Positions 28,121 through 45,954 of a DNA stretch of 64,000 bases are shown piece after piece. Each line of letters begins with the position of its first letter. Within the stretch, counting starts at the first letter, position 1. The notes beneath the pieces are model-generated. The model did no database searches. It saw nothing but the letters and a program-made list of their open reading frames with translations, and was not told where the DNA came from. This DNA is from Blasia pusilla (taxonomy: Eukaryota), in assembly GCA_050084515.1 (NCBI GenBank), contig CM114271.1:3906001-3970000 (forward strand), given 5' to 3'. Both the position numbers and the translations under genes were made by a program.

Positions 28121-30231
28121 ATAGTAAGCATGAATAAATGGACTATTTTCCTATCTTGCACAAAACAGAGGTAGGGTTTAAGAAGAAAGTTTATCCATCT
28201 TAGGGGAGAATATTCGTCCACATGAGGATTGAGGGATGGAAGAAAATATCCATCTTCGAGAGAGGTATAGATAGATACGAAATTCAATCCCCAATGGATC
28301 CTCCAAAACATAAGTTCATAAAATCCTTTTTCACATACAAAGTCCACCAAGTGATTTTTTCCGGTGGAAAAAATCACTTAATTCTAAAACTAGTGAAATG
28401 GTTTGTATTTCTTCACATAGACATGAGGAAGTATATGTGCACACAAAATTCACAAAGAGGAAACATGAAGGGAGTATGATTACCCATCACTAGTAGTGGA
28501 ATACACATCCTAGCAATAGGGGTGAGTATTTTCTATTTCTCCATCCTATTCCCCAATTATATGGAAATACATTTTTTTTTTTGGTTATGTCTCTTGATGG
28601 AGATACCCCTTGTTTGGAAAGAATATTCTAAAATAAGTAAAGTCTCATTATGGAATGATGAATTGTCTCTTGCTCTTTGTAGAGTTGACATATTTTAGAA
28701 TAATTTTAAAATATAATCAATTTCCCAGAGTATAAAATGCAAAATTTTCTAAACATTTACAAAGCTAAAAACACAAGATATATCTGTAGGATGCATTTCA
28801 CTTACATGCTAATTACTAAGATAGTAATCCAGAAAAGTTTTGTATTTTTTGCTTCTTGTTGTGACTTAAAACTAAGATCAAGATTCGTGTTGTGGCTACC
28901 GTGAAGTTTCCAAGGGGCAAGTTTATGGTTTGGACAAAGATAATAGAGATGCCAATGATCGATAAGCATATTGTTGAGAGATGATATTATGAGAGATCAT
29001 AATGACGTTAGAATTGCATGAAATCATGTTGGCAAACCTAATGGGTGTTCCATTGGGAGGTTAAGCAAATGGCCTTAACTTCACAATATGATGATGCCAA
29101 TAACAAGAAACAAAGTACCTTCGTGGGCACTTCTTGTGGTCATAAGGTGAGGAATGTAGTTAGGAAGTAACCCCATTCTTCTCTTTCTATTGATTAGTTG
29201 ATGCCCATGCAATGGACTATGGACAAATAAGATAGAATGGATAATTTAAATTACACAACGGTACCCTAAAATGCTCCAATGACTTAATCAACCCCCAAAA
29301 TGGCCATGGGGACATGTGACAAACTTGTATACTATTATGAGAGACGACTACGATGCTAGTGCTATGCAAGCAAATGCGGAAAATTTTATTGGCACCTTTT
29401 AGGCCTTCTTGATTCCTGCTGTGTTTGGTGAAATAAGGGTAGCCCTTGTCTCTTTCAACCATCATTCGCGATGCGAATAGAGCAGGAGAGAAGAAAGCCT
29501 CTCCAAAATAGGCCTGGTAGAGGCGCCGGATTACTCCTTAATTTTGACGGTGCAATCAAAGGGCAGGTGTTCCTCTAACCCCATCCCCATAATGTTGATA
29601 GAAGTATATAATTTTAGTCCTCTACAAACAACAAGTGTTTTTTTCTTTTCGTCTACCCTATCCACATTCCATTCACAATCTCTTACCAAGTTAGTTAAAG
29701 TAACTCCGATGTGTGACATTATGTGGGAGAGTTTTAGTTTACGATTGTGACGCCCTAAGTGTTCAGGATTTGTCACCGGTTCCCACATGAATCCTCGTAC
29801 ATGATCAATTCGAGAGACCTGGTCTCACTTGCGACTTCCAGTTACATTCGAGTCTTATGTAATCCAGCCACACACGCTGCCTGCATCATGGCGCTGTAGG
29901 AAGAATCCACAAGTCTTATTTGCGGAAAATAATGGCGAGTATGAATAGTTTGAAAAAGGATTGTATTTACTTTGACGATTTCTAGTTTCTTTCCAAATGC
30001 TCCACAACTGACGCAGGAATAATACTCCCACAATTCCAGGAAGGCCGCACCACGCCAAGTTTAACAGAAGGCTCGCCAAACATACGACTATTTATTACAT
30101 GAAGGCCGTGCAAAAAGTAAGAGGAAAGACTTATCTACAAAAATTTGCCAAGAAAGGGAACCATAGCCTGAGCTTGATCGAATGAATCACACTGATCAAA
30201 ACTCGGATTACGCCCGAATTCGTAATTATTA

Positions 30232-35383
<5,152 letters not shown>

Positions 35384-36249
35384 CTTGGAAACCTCCCGAT
35401 AACACTAATTCGCTGCTCCGCCTGCCTCACACGCCCATACACAGCTCCAAACTTCACCAATTCCGACGATCTCAAATTCCACTGCCACCACTTCTTCCAC
35501 GTCTCTCCGTTCCGCAATATTTCTCCTCGATCCGCAACGTTATTTTCTAGTGAACGCACTCCTTCCCCGCGTCATATTCGCAATTTCTCCATTTGCTGTT
35601 CTTCGCGAAGAAAGCCAGCGAAGAAGGCCGTCGTCTTCCTTCCTTCTCAGACACACACACACACGTGCGCAACCGGGGAATTTCCTGGTGAATCGGGGGA
35701 CGGCATTCGGTCTTCCAAAAGAGTGGTCGATTTCCCCGGCGGTGATTAATGTTTTTGTCTCCGTTAGATCTACATCCCACGACCCTGTCTCCGCCCGGAT
35801 GTCTCATACAATTTCCCGGCCACCGTTACCGGCAGTTTTTCAAACGAAGGGCGCTACCATTCAATGACGGAAGTCCTATGCTGACCATCGGATGCTGCGA
35901 TTGACTGTACCTGTGAAGGAACGAAGCCTAGGAAGGCGTTTAATCCGTTAGATGCAGACTTCAGTTTCTGTGGTTCCGACATCTGGCACACGATCGATAT
36001 CCTCGCCATCTATTGGTTGGGTGACGAAGGCGACCAAGTGCTTTTCCAGCGTCGCGAGGTTCAGGTGGTGAGACCGGCGCGCCAACTAGTTCAGCTGCTT
36101 TTGGCAACTTGAAGCCAGCTGGAATAACAGATATATCCATTTTATTATTTTAAAGGAAGACAAAGAAAGGTAATAACATTTTAAAAGAAGAGTAAAAAAA
36201 TGCATAAAAGTAAAAAATAAAATAGCAAGTAGCTAATGCAAACACCAAT

Positions 36250-37301
36250 TCAACGAGCTACACAATTGATAGTTTGAAACAAATCTGACAAGAACACGAG
36301 TGGTTGGTAAGACGTGAATGGACGACGAGGCGAGCGATCCCCCACCACCTTCGCACGACGTATCAATGCCAATGCTTGTGCACGTTGTAAGGCCAATGAG
36401 ATGCATTGCCAAAAATAAGTAGTAACTACATAGAGAGAAGGACTACGGGAAGGGGCAAGGTGGTGTTTCTCGAGGGAGTGGTAAGCACATGTTTTCACAA
36501 AAGTATCAAAAGACAGATGTAAATGACCGAATACTTCCACTTCAAAAGGAATAAATCCATCAGTCACATGTCTCACAGCATAACTTAACTCCTTGATTCT
36601 TGCTACAGCTTCGGCCGCCATATCTTTGGTATGTGCGGCTCGACACACCAAGTCAGAACGTGTTGGATCCGCAACCACCACATCACCTAGTGTTCGGAAT
36701 CCACCTCGATACATAACAAGATCCACTCTCCGACGAGAGGTTGCTTGTGTGGTTGAAGGTAAGCCATGGAGTTGCTCTTGCCCAATGGTGTATCATGCAG
36801 TACGAGCCACCGATGCTACCGCCTCTCTAATGACATCATGTGTGGCCGTTTGTTCTCCACCATGTGCACATCGGAGAATATGGATACCCTTGGCATCAAT
36901 GGGATCCCTGCATACACAATTCGGCACACCTAATAGAGAAGGATGGGGAAGTCCAAGACGTAACCGCAATGTTGTCGAGAATATACTTTGAGAAAGACGA
37001 AATGGAAGAATAAGAGGATTTGCAATAAGCCATGCCCCCGCTACGGTACCCGCATATGAACGCAGACGAGCTCGATGAGCGTCAAAGGATGCCTTGGAGA
37101 GACTGCTGGAAAAGTTGATTTGATGCAGATTCTCAGAGATATGCTCTTGAAGTCGATCAAGCCCTTCCGCTTTGAAAGGGGGTAGAATTGCTTGTGTAGC
37201 AAGAGGAAGAAGAGCTCGTGCAGATCTCAATTGTTGTTGAAATAACAAGTCCCCCTACTCTACATGGGCGATATGATCCATCAAGATAGGTGTGTCTCCT
37301 T
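36250..37301 (-). mobile_element. 3' part of a non-LTR retrotransposon with a restriction-like endonuclease (CRE/R2-type), degenerate; cut off by the Gypsy element
   Basis: LRLRLGLP...CVC...HILRC...THDVIREAVA (CCHC finger plus RHD-like motif), then DLV...GDVVVADP...ARIKELSY...FIPFEVEVFG...ISLALQRAQA (PD-(D/E)xK RLE domain). There is an internal stop at ~36793. Confidence 0.8.
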
Positions 37302-37748
37302 TGTCACATCTGAGTAGCCGATAGGCCGAGATCTATCGTGCATAGGGCGTAGGAGCCAGCAGACTATCTTGAGTGTAACTTTGTCCCACGGTGTCGGATG
37401 AGGTTGAGCATAGGTCCATTATGTCAGGAACATCATTTTTGACAACTTTCATGTTGAGGTCTTTTACAACCGGGTGACTTGTTGACCAGGTCACCCGCCC
37501 CTCGTAACCTATACACGCAGGTTACCAAGGGGAGGGCTATTTTTAGGGGAAGAGCCTTTTGGCTCTTCCCAACCCTATATAAGAGAGGAAGATTGATTTC
37601 CTAAGCCATCTTTCTCATGTTGGGACGTTGGAGTACCTCCCTTGTATGTGTGTGAGATAAGACTAGGGTGCTAGCGTCCGGATTCCTTGATAGCACAGGG
37701 TGGATGAGGCTCGATATGCCGATGTAGATTGAGGAGTGGAGTTTTAGG
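37302..37748 (+). repeat. 5' LTR (portion shared with the 3' copy; true 3' end unresolved)
   Basis: tgtcacatctgagtagccgataggccgagatc...gaggagtggagttttagg is repeated at 45955-46398. It contains a TATA-like cctatatataag at ~37574. Confidence 0.85.
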
Positions 37749-38681
37749 GCGATAGAGCGCCCCCCGCATTTAGGGCCCAGGGGGGATAGGGCCGTGGGCC
37801 AAGTTCTCCCCTCCAACGTGGTAGGAGTGGATGTGGTGGAGTTGTAGCGGGGCGAACGCGGTTGCGCATGGGCAACGTGGTGGCAGGGAGGATGTCGACG
37901 TGGTGAGTGACCGACATAGTTGGACAGCATGCGTGACATGATGTTTTTGGGGCGCGACAGAGCGTTGTGAGAGTTGACGATGGAGGGGCAGTGCGCATGA
38001 TGCCAACGGGTTGTCCGCATCTGTTGACGGGAGGATCGACGTGTTGGTCGAGGGGAGTGTTATGTGGCGGAGATTGTCATATCATGTGGAGGAGTGCATA
38101 TTGACGGTGCAGCAGGTTGGAGGGCGTGATCAGATTATCCATTCGAGTCCCTTTTCCCGCACTTGTCGTGTGTGATTGAGAGTGCTGGGTATCGGGTAGT
38201 AGCCGGTGCTAGATGGGTGCAGTGATGGTGACGAGTGTAGATTCTTTTCATGTGTAGTATGTTGGTGGATATACGGCGGTTGCCGAGTAGGGGTCGCGTG
38301 TATGACCCGAGAGAGTGTCGCTAGGTTAGGTGAGTCAGTTGGGAGGCTCATGGTGAGCCCGAGTGTTGAGCCTGCGTGAGGCCGGGTATGTCATCACGGG
38401 ATTGATGTTAGCATAGGTGAGCTAGTGAGGCGTGTGGGAGACTCTCGGTGAGTGTGAGTGCTTGAGCGGGTGAGACAGGGTTTGTCATCAAGGCGTTCTT
38501 CCAGGGTTCGGAAGAACGGGGTAGTGCGAGCAGTAGTAGTGGTGTGACACGGAGTGGAGTGAGATACCGAGGGGTTACCAGTGAGGAGCTACCTCGACAT
38601 CCATCCGTGGTTGGATCGTCATCACTGGACACTGGGTCTGGTGACGAGATCACAGACAGAGACAGTAGTACTTGGCAGGAG

Positions 38682-39700
38682 ATGGACGACATGGGCCATC
38701 GGGGCATGCGTCGTTTCTCGGGTGCAATGGGCACCATCGACTTAGATGATTTCATCCAAGAGTTCGACACATGGTGCGACTTCTAAGAGATACGGACCGC
38801 GACACGGTTCAACCCTTTCATGGCATGGAAGGGGTTGTTCCAGCACTTGGAGGGTCCTCCGATGGATGATTACATGGAGTTTCGATCACTATATTCAGTA
38901 GAGATCGATGCTTGGAGGATGTATTGGGCTCCAGGGTATGTGTCCACTAGTGGTCACGAGGCATATGATGGGATTGTGAGAGGAGAGAGACCCACACCAT
39001 CAGCCCGGAGACTAGATGGAGAGGAGGGCAGTGACAGAGGCGATGTGGTAGAGACCTCTGGTGGTAGAGGGCCACCCAGTTTCAGCCCCACAGTGGAGTT
39101 CTTCCGACAATTGGGGAAGAGCTACCAAGGCGTACGCACCGACAAGCTGAAGAGTCTACAGGATTTTCAGCGACGATCGGGTGAGAGTCTGAGAGAGGCC
39201 TTCACACGCATGAGGAGGCTGATCATTGCTACATTTGGAGTGACAAAGGCGCAGTCAGTCCAGTATTGGTACGGGGTTCTGGACCGAGAACTACAGAGGA
39301 GAGTCCGAGATGCGGTGCTGATTCACACAGGGAAGCCCACATTGAAGGTGGTCTTTGAGTTGTCTGAGCGTATTGAGCTCAACATGAGTGAGCGGTAGTG
39401 ACCGCTGGATTTTTTCGAGAGTCGACGGGTCCCGAGCGGCGGTGACCCCACAGTGCACGCAATGAGCACGAGTACCACGGGAGCGGGCCAGTGTGCCTAG
39501 AGTTCAGGGCGGGTACCGTGAGCCTATGAGGCAACGACCCGCACCTACATATGTTGCCCAACAGGGACTGATGTGGTCTTGTTGGACGTGTGGAGGGGCC
39601 CATAGGCAGAGAGACTGCCCACAGCATGGGAGAGGACCATCAGCGCCTCCGATTGCTCAAGAGCCACAGAGGATGGCCCGACCACAGCACTAGTGTGACC
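38682..39700 (+). pseudogene. gag-like region with Zn knuckle
   Basis: MDDMGHRGMRRFSG...LDDFIQEFDTWC (stop) ...FQRRSGESLREAFTRMRRL..., then CWTCGGAHRQRDC. Confidence 0.75.
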
Positions 39701-39924
39701 ATTGCCACAGATATGGTCACACTAGGGATAGATGTGTTGACCTTCGCCGAGGGGCACGTCCAGAGGTAGGCCGAGGGCCTGGGGGCGGTCGTCATGGAGG
39801 AGGTCGGGGAGTTCTTCCTGGACATGGTGGTAGAGGACCACCACCAGCCAGAGGAGATGGAGCAGGAGCACCTGAGTCGGCCCTTCTCTCACGCATTGAT
39901 CAGTTGGAGTAGAGGATTGTTGCC

Positions 39925-41385
39925 ATGACGATGATGCAGCTTAGGGAAGGCACAGTGCTGCGAGCAGCTAGTGTGACTCCAGTCTCTACCTCTTACCCTG
40001 ACCCGGGTGAGGATCTCTCCAACATGGGATTTATGTGTAGTGCAGCCCAAGTTGAGGCAGCTGCAGTGGTGACTCGGGGTGCTGCGAGAGGCACCGAGCC
40101 ATCGAGAGGTGGAGTTGAGATTGACCCACCAGAGGGGACCGATGGGCGGCAGGCGAGGGTTCCACAGTCGTTCACATTTTCGGAGGCACTACACACACCA
40201 TCGATGGTGCCTCGACGACCAGCGGTGCCTACAGTTCACGCACCTACGTCGACGTCACGAGGAGTTGGAGTGACAACTCCTATACCGGCTCGAGTGGAGT
40301 CAATGTCGACCATAGTGTTGGAGGTGGCCACTAGAGTGAGTCAGACTCCGCTATTTTCCGCCTTAGAGTTGGCGACGTTGGGAGTGGGACCAGCTGAGGT
40401 GTTCCGGTTGGCCGCCACGTTGTGTGAGCGTGGAGAGATGACTGCTTCTTGTTCAGAGGTAGTTGAGGAGGTGGTGGACTTGCCCTCAGAGCCCGTGCTT
40501 GGGTCATTCCCCACAGAGTCATGGCATGCGGCGGCGGCGAAGTTGGTAGATATGCAAGCTCGACCGGCCATAGAGCGAGCAATGGTGACACCTGGAGTAG
40601 TGTTACTGGATAACCAAGTTGGAGTATTTCGCTTGGTTAGTCCGACGGGGACAGTATACCACCCGCAGCGCGTCCTACTTGATTCGGGAGCGCAACCCTT
40701 GATGTTAGGGAAGGCGGCGTGTTTAGCGTTGGGGTTACGGAAGGCCGACATTGAGCCTTGTCCCTTCCAGATACAGACCTCGATTGGGGGCGTATCACCC
40801 ACTCAGTATATGACTCGACAGGAGATTGTTGTGAGAGTCCAGCCAGAGCATGCGACGGATAGTGCTATGGTGCACACACGTGCGATTACGACACCACTTG
40901 AGTCGTACGATGTGTTGATGGGGAGTACAGTGTTATATCCCCTAGGATTCATCCTTGACTTCTGGGAGGAGACCGTTGCTTATCGGCCAGGATGGCGGTC
41001 AGGTGACGGTCGGATGAGTCAGTTACCCGTGCAGTTTGCGGGACGAGGTGGTCGATCACGAGGCGAGTCTGTGACCACGTTGGCGGCTTTCACAGGTAGT
41101 GTTAGCTGGCCAGGAGAGTTGTTGGAGGGGAACGCACATGCGGAGGATGTCCCAGTAGTGGATAGTCCCACGGAGAGACAGGCCATGGCGGGTGTCTCTT
41201 CCCATGTTAGCGATGCCTCTTCACCATTATGGGGTACGACTCGAGAGCTACAGAGGAGTGTCGACGACCTCGTGAGGCAGGCGTGGAGTCATGTTTTTAT
41301 CCCAGAGCAGCGAGAGTCACGTGGCGATCAAGCTCTTGGAGTGGAGACGATGACCCCACTAGATACCACACCTGTTGTGTGGTAG
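39925..41385 (+). pseudogene. Retrotransposon aspartic protease-containing segment
   Basis: VLLDSGAQPLML and YDVLMG motifs. In the same frame as the DNMT ORF, separated only by TAG at 41383-41385. Confidence 0.8.
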
Positions 41386-42340
41386 TGCCCAGAGGAGGGT
41401 GTTAGGGTGTTAGATCTCTTTGGAGGGATTAGCACCGGATTGGCTGCAGTATTGCAGGCGGGCATACGGGTGCATCAGTACCTTTATGTGGAGAGAGATG
41501 AGACCCCGCGGCGAGTATCATTACGTCACGTGGCGAGATTGGTCCAGAGGTATCCTAAGTTGTTGTCGGTATCTGCAGTACGGGGATACCAGCATACGCT
41601 ACCTGTCGACATATCTTTGGTGGGAGCGCAGGATCTTGATAGAGTTGGCACCATTGATTTGGTGATTCCTGGATGGCCATGTCAGGGTCATTCATCAGCT
41701 GGCCGAGGATTTGGATTGCAGGATCCGAGATCAGGGATGTTTTGGGAGATGCTGCGAGTAGTACGACACTTGCAGGAGAGTCAGATATGTTCTCTTGCGT
41801 ACATTTTGGAGAACGTGCCGTTGTTGGGAGATACTCGTGCACGTGTGATGATGAGTGTACATCACGTGAGGTCCTGGTTGGGACCAGCTGTGTTGTTAGA
41901 TGCAGCGAGAGTTGGGTCACGTGCCCATCGTCCACGACTGTGGTGGACGAACCTGATACCATCAGAGGTACTGAGTCAAGCCTACAGTGGAGTCCAGAGA
42001 GCACCACATCTCACGGTGGATGCTATTTTGGACTCAAGGCGTCGATCTCAGGTGGTGACACGCGATGATAGACCACCATTGGCCACGGCCAATAGGGTGG
42101 GGGAGTTGAGGGCAGCCTTACCTACGTTGGTGAGCTTCCCAGCATCCGATGCCTTTCGTCAGGGAGGGCTAGGTATGATTTGGGATGAGGTGACCGGAGT
42201 ATTGGAGGAGCCTACAGCAGATGAGCGCGAGCGCGCCATGGGGTTCACTACCGGTACTACGGCGGTGCCAGGGATGACTGAGGCATCACGGAGACAGGTG
42301 TTGGGGCAGGCGATGGACCTCAACTGTCTCACATGGATAG
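41386..42340 (+). CDS. C5 cytosine DNA methyltransferase domain, DNMT3-like, within the retrotransposon polyprotein
   Basis: Motif I VLDLFGGISTG, II YVERDE, IV IDLVIPGWPCQGHS (catalytic PC), VI YILENV, VIII RAHRPRLWWTNL, IX ERERAMGF, X RRQVLGQAM. The order is non-permuted and there is no internal stop. Confidence 0.9.
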
Positions 42341-42699
42341 TCAGCCTAGGTATGGCTGAGCAGAGACGGATGCGAGTGTCATCCATGCCGTCACGTCCAC
42401 GAGTTGGACCATTGCCTACATGGTCTGTACAGGCATTGGATGGGAGCGAGACGAGGAGAGATAGGCACCCATGGACTTCCTGGGACATCGTTCGAGCAGA
42501 GAGTGCGAAGGCGGCTAGAGTAGCACATGTTCATTTTTCAGATGTGGAGCATGCTGTAGGAGGTCAGAGTGGAGTGGAGTGGCTGTTGCGGAGGTGGCTA
42601 GGGTTGCTACATACCAACCAAAGCCGGAGGTTGCGTCCTCTCCAAGTGAGGTCACGATGGAGACTTCGGAGCCTGTGATAGGTCTCAAGTTGATAAGAG

Positions 42700-44100
42700 G
42701 AGAGCGACGGAGAGTTCATAGGTTTCTAAGAGGGCATGTCAGTTGTTTTGCCTTCAGTATGAGAGACTTGGGTACGCTGAAGAGTCCCGAGATACGGATT
42801 GAGTTGGCTAGTGATACGCGGATCTTTCGTCAACCCTACAGGTATTCTGATATGGAACGAGCCTTGATTCAGAGCAGGATTCAGGACTTGTTGGAGGCAG
42901 GACTTGTGGAGTTATCACATGGGGAGTATGCATCTGCCACAGTCATGCCGGAGAAGAAGGATATGTATGGCAATTGGACGGATAGGTGGATGTGTGGAGA
43001 TTACCGTCCTATCAACCGACAGACGAGGTCAGATCAGTATGCCATGCCTACTCCTAAGGAGATCTTTGATGCGGTAGGGCATGCAAAGATCTTCAGTACT
43101 TTAGATCTCCGTGCTGGCTATCATCAGCTTCCTATAAGGTTGGAGGACAGGGAGAAGACATCATTCTGGGGGATAGATCGGTTCGGGAGAGATTGCTTGT
43201 ATCAGTGGCGGTTCTTACCATTTGGGTTGAAGAATGCGCTCACGGAGTTGTGGAGTTTCAGAGAGTGATGGATAGGATTACGGCTGGCTTGGATTTTGTG
43301 CGATGTTACATAGATGATATTCTTATCTTGATTCCACGGTTGAGGAGCATGAGCGACACTTGGAGGAGGTGTTTCAGCGATTGCAGTTACATGGACTGAA
43401 GTTACATCAAGGCAAGTGCAGATTCTTTCAGGAGCAGATTGAGTACTTGGGACATACCATATACCCAAGTGGGTTAGGCGTTCAGCAGACGAAGGTAGAG
43501 GCTATTGCGCAGATTCCACGCCCTACAGATGTGAGTCGAGTCTGAGCATTTCTTGGACTGGCGAACTTCTATCGACGGTATGTCAAGGGTTTTAGTGCGA
43601 TCGCAAAGTCTTTCACCTTGTTGACGAGACTTGATCAGGTGTGGTTGTGGGGAGATGATCAGGAGCGAGTATTTGAGGAGCTCAAGGACAGGTTGACGTC
43701 CTCACCCATTTTACAGAGACCGGTTAGGGGTTGCCCATTCCAGTTACATACGGATTGGAGCATGTTGGGTCTAGGAGCAATTCTTACTCAGAGGGATGAC
43801 GAGGAGAGGGAGTTCGTTGTGGCTTACGCGAGCCAATCAAACAACATTGCAGAGGCGAAGTACAGCTCCTACGAGGGAGAGTGCTTGGCTGCAGTGTGGG
43901 CCGTGGCACATTTTAGGTGCTATTTATTTGGCAACCCTTTCACACTTATCACTGATCATCAGCCGTTGAGGTGGTTGATGGAGTCCGACAAGCTTACGGG
44001 AAAGCTTGCCAGGTGGGCTCTATTACTATAGGAGTATGAGTTTGAGGTGGTTCATAGGCCAGGTTGGCTGAACCAGGATGCGGATGGGTTGAGTCGTAAC
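42700..44100 (+). pseudogene. Gypsy reverse transcriptase and RNase H (frameshifted)
   Basis: RQPYRYS, MCGDYRPIN, FSTLDLRAGYHQ, LPFGLKNA, CYIDDILI, IEYLGH; RNase H LHTDWSMLGLGAIL, YSSYEGECLAAVW, ITDHQPL. Confidence 0.93.
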
Positions 44101-44299
44101 CCATGTCCGAGTCAGAGAGACGACACAAGAGCTTGATGGCACGGAGAGAGTGATGAGGAGATGGTGCCCGGTTGGCATGCATCTGCCTATCTTTGTTGGT
44201 TGACTATGGCAGGTCTGCCACAGGTGATGACTCTTGTGGTGGGAATGGATGATGAGTCTTTGGATCCGGAGGTTAGTGAGAAGGCGACAGGTGGTCGTG

Positions 44300-45560
44300 A
44301 TATCCATGACGACGTGGAGGTTGTGGACTTCTTGCGCACTGGCGTCATTGCGAGTATAGTGAGTGCTAGGGAGCGGGATCGGATCCTACAGAGAGCCAAG
44401 AGGTTCAGGTGGGAGGGGACTCACATTTTGCGGGTATGGGGACATGGTAGGATACGAGTGGTACCTCATCCTTCCCAGCGAGCACGTGTAGTGCGACATG
44501 CCTATGAGGAGTTGGGACATTTCGGAGTAAAGCGTACTTACAGCTTACTCCTGGTTTAGTATTGGTGGCACGGCATGCATGCTGGGGTACAGCACTTTGT
44601 GGCCAGATGTATGGTATGTGACAGAGTGCGAGCATCCTTCAATGCTCCCACTCCGCAGTTACATCCTTTTCCGATTATGGGTTTAGGTTATCGGTGGAGT
44701 TTAGACTTCGCGGGACCTTTGCCATTGTGAGCGTCATCATAGCGTCGTGTCGGTCATGGTGGAGCATTTCTCCAAGTGGATAGAGTTGGTGTCACTACCA
44801 GACAATGCGAGCAAGGGAACAACTTATGCGTTTCTAGATCGTGTGCTTAGTCACTTTGGTGCACCGGCGGAGGTGTTCACTGACCAGGGTACCGAGTTCA
44901 GGGGAGAGTTTCAGGCCTTGTGTGATCAGGCGCTGATAGATCACCGCACCACATTCAGGGATCATCCTGAGGCGGATGGATTGGCAGAGAGAGTGGTACA
45001 GACGGTGAAGAGAGGATTGCGCAAGTATGGCTTGCAGGGGACGATTGAGGGAGTGGGACCTCGATTTGCCATGGTTGGCTATGGGTTATCGCTTTAGTCG
45101 GCATGCATCCTTGGCGTCATTTTCACCATACTTTTTGCTCTTTGGGAGAGAGCCAGATTTACCTGCAGCGATTCGACGTGACATGGCGGAGGTGTTAGAT
45201 CTTGATGATCCAGATGTGTGGGTGCAAGCATGTTCTCAGAGGGCAGAAGTTTTTTGTAGAGTTATGCCTATGGCCTTTGAGAACTTAGCTATTGCCCAGC
45301 ATAGAGATACATTGAGGTACGTGACCATTCGTGGAGGAGGTTATCGTCCAGGGATTAGGAGGTTTCATCCTGGACATTACGTGTATTTATAGCAGGCGGC
45401 ACCCACGACGCTAGATGTCACTACAGGGCGCACGATCCTACGTGTGCGCGAGGTATTACCGACCGGAGTCCTCATGTTGGAGGGACGAGATGGTATGGTT
45501 TGGAAGGATCATGTGCGCAATTGTGCGCCATGTCATCTTCCGAACGTAGATGGGACGGTG
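44300..45560 (+). pseudogene. Gypsy integrase (disrupted)
   Basis: LGHFG...CMVC Zn-binding region; DDE core WSLDFAGP / VFTDQGTEF / DGLAERVVQT; SPYFLLFGREP. Confidence 0.9.
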
Positions 45561-45596
45561 GATCCGAGCTTGGCAATGGTACCTGCAGGCTTGAGG

Positions 45597-45736
45597 TGTA
45601 TGTTGTGCGGATCTGCGAGGGGTGCAGCCACCATGTTGGTATGTGATGGTTGTTCTCGAGGGTGGCATATGTCATGTCTCGACCCCCTCTTGATGTTGTT
45701 CCCATGGGACGATGGATATGTCCGAGATGTGTATAG
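45597..45736 (+). pseudogene. PHD finger at the polyprotein C-terminus (one frameshift)
   Basis: CMLCGSARGAATMLVCDGCSRGWHMSCLDP, frameshift, then DVVPMGRWICPRCV* gives a complete C4HC3. Confidence 0.88.
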
Positions 45737-45954
45737 GGTAGTAGGTCATGTCAGAGAGATGTGATATTTTCTATCTGGAGTTAGGGGGATCCAACTGCCA
45801 CCTAGGGGGGCGGTTGTGTGATCTCCATGTATATGTATGAGTTCATTTTTGTACATGTGTGGATCGACCCGTGTGTGGGGAAGATCGGTGTTGTGTGGTG
45901 TAGATGTGACAAGCGATGTATGTTGTGTAGCGATATGTATGCGCACGGCATATT

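Noticed and set aside
41386-42340. DNMT as a bacterial restriction-modification gene or host DRM/CMT/MET1
   Set aside because: It is intronless, in frame with a retroviral-type protease inside terminal repeats, non-permuted, lacks BAH/chromo/UBA domains, and has no partner endonuclease.
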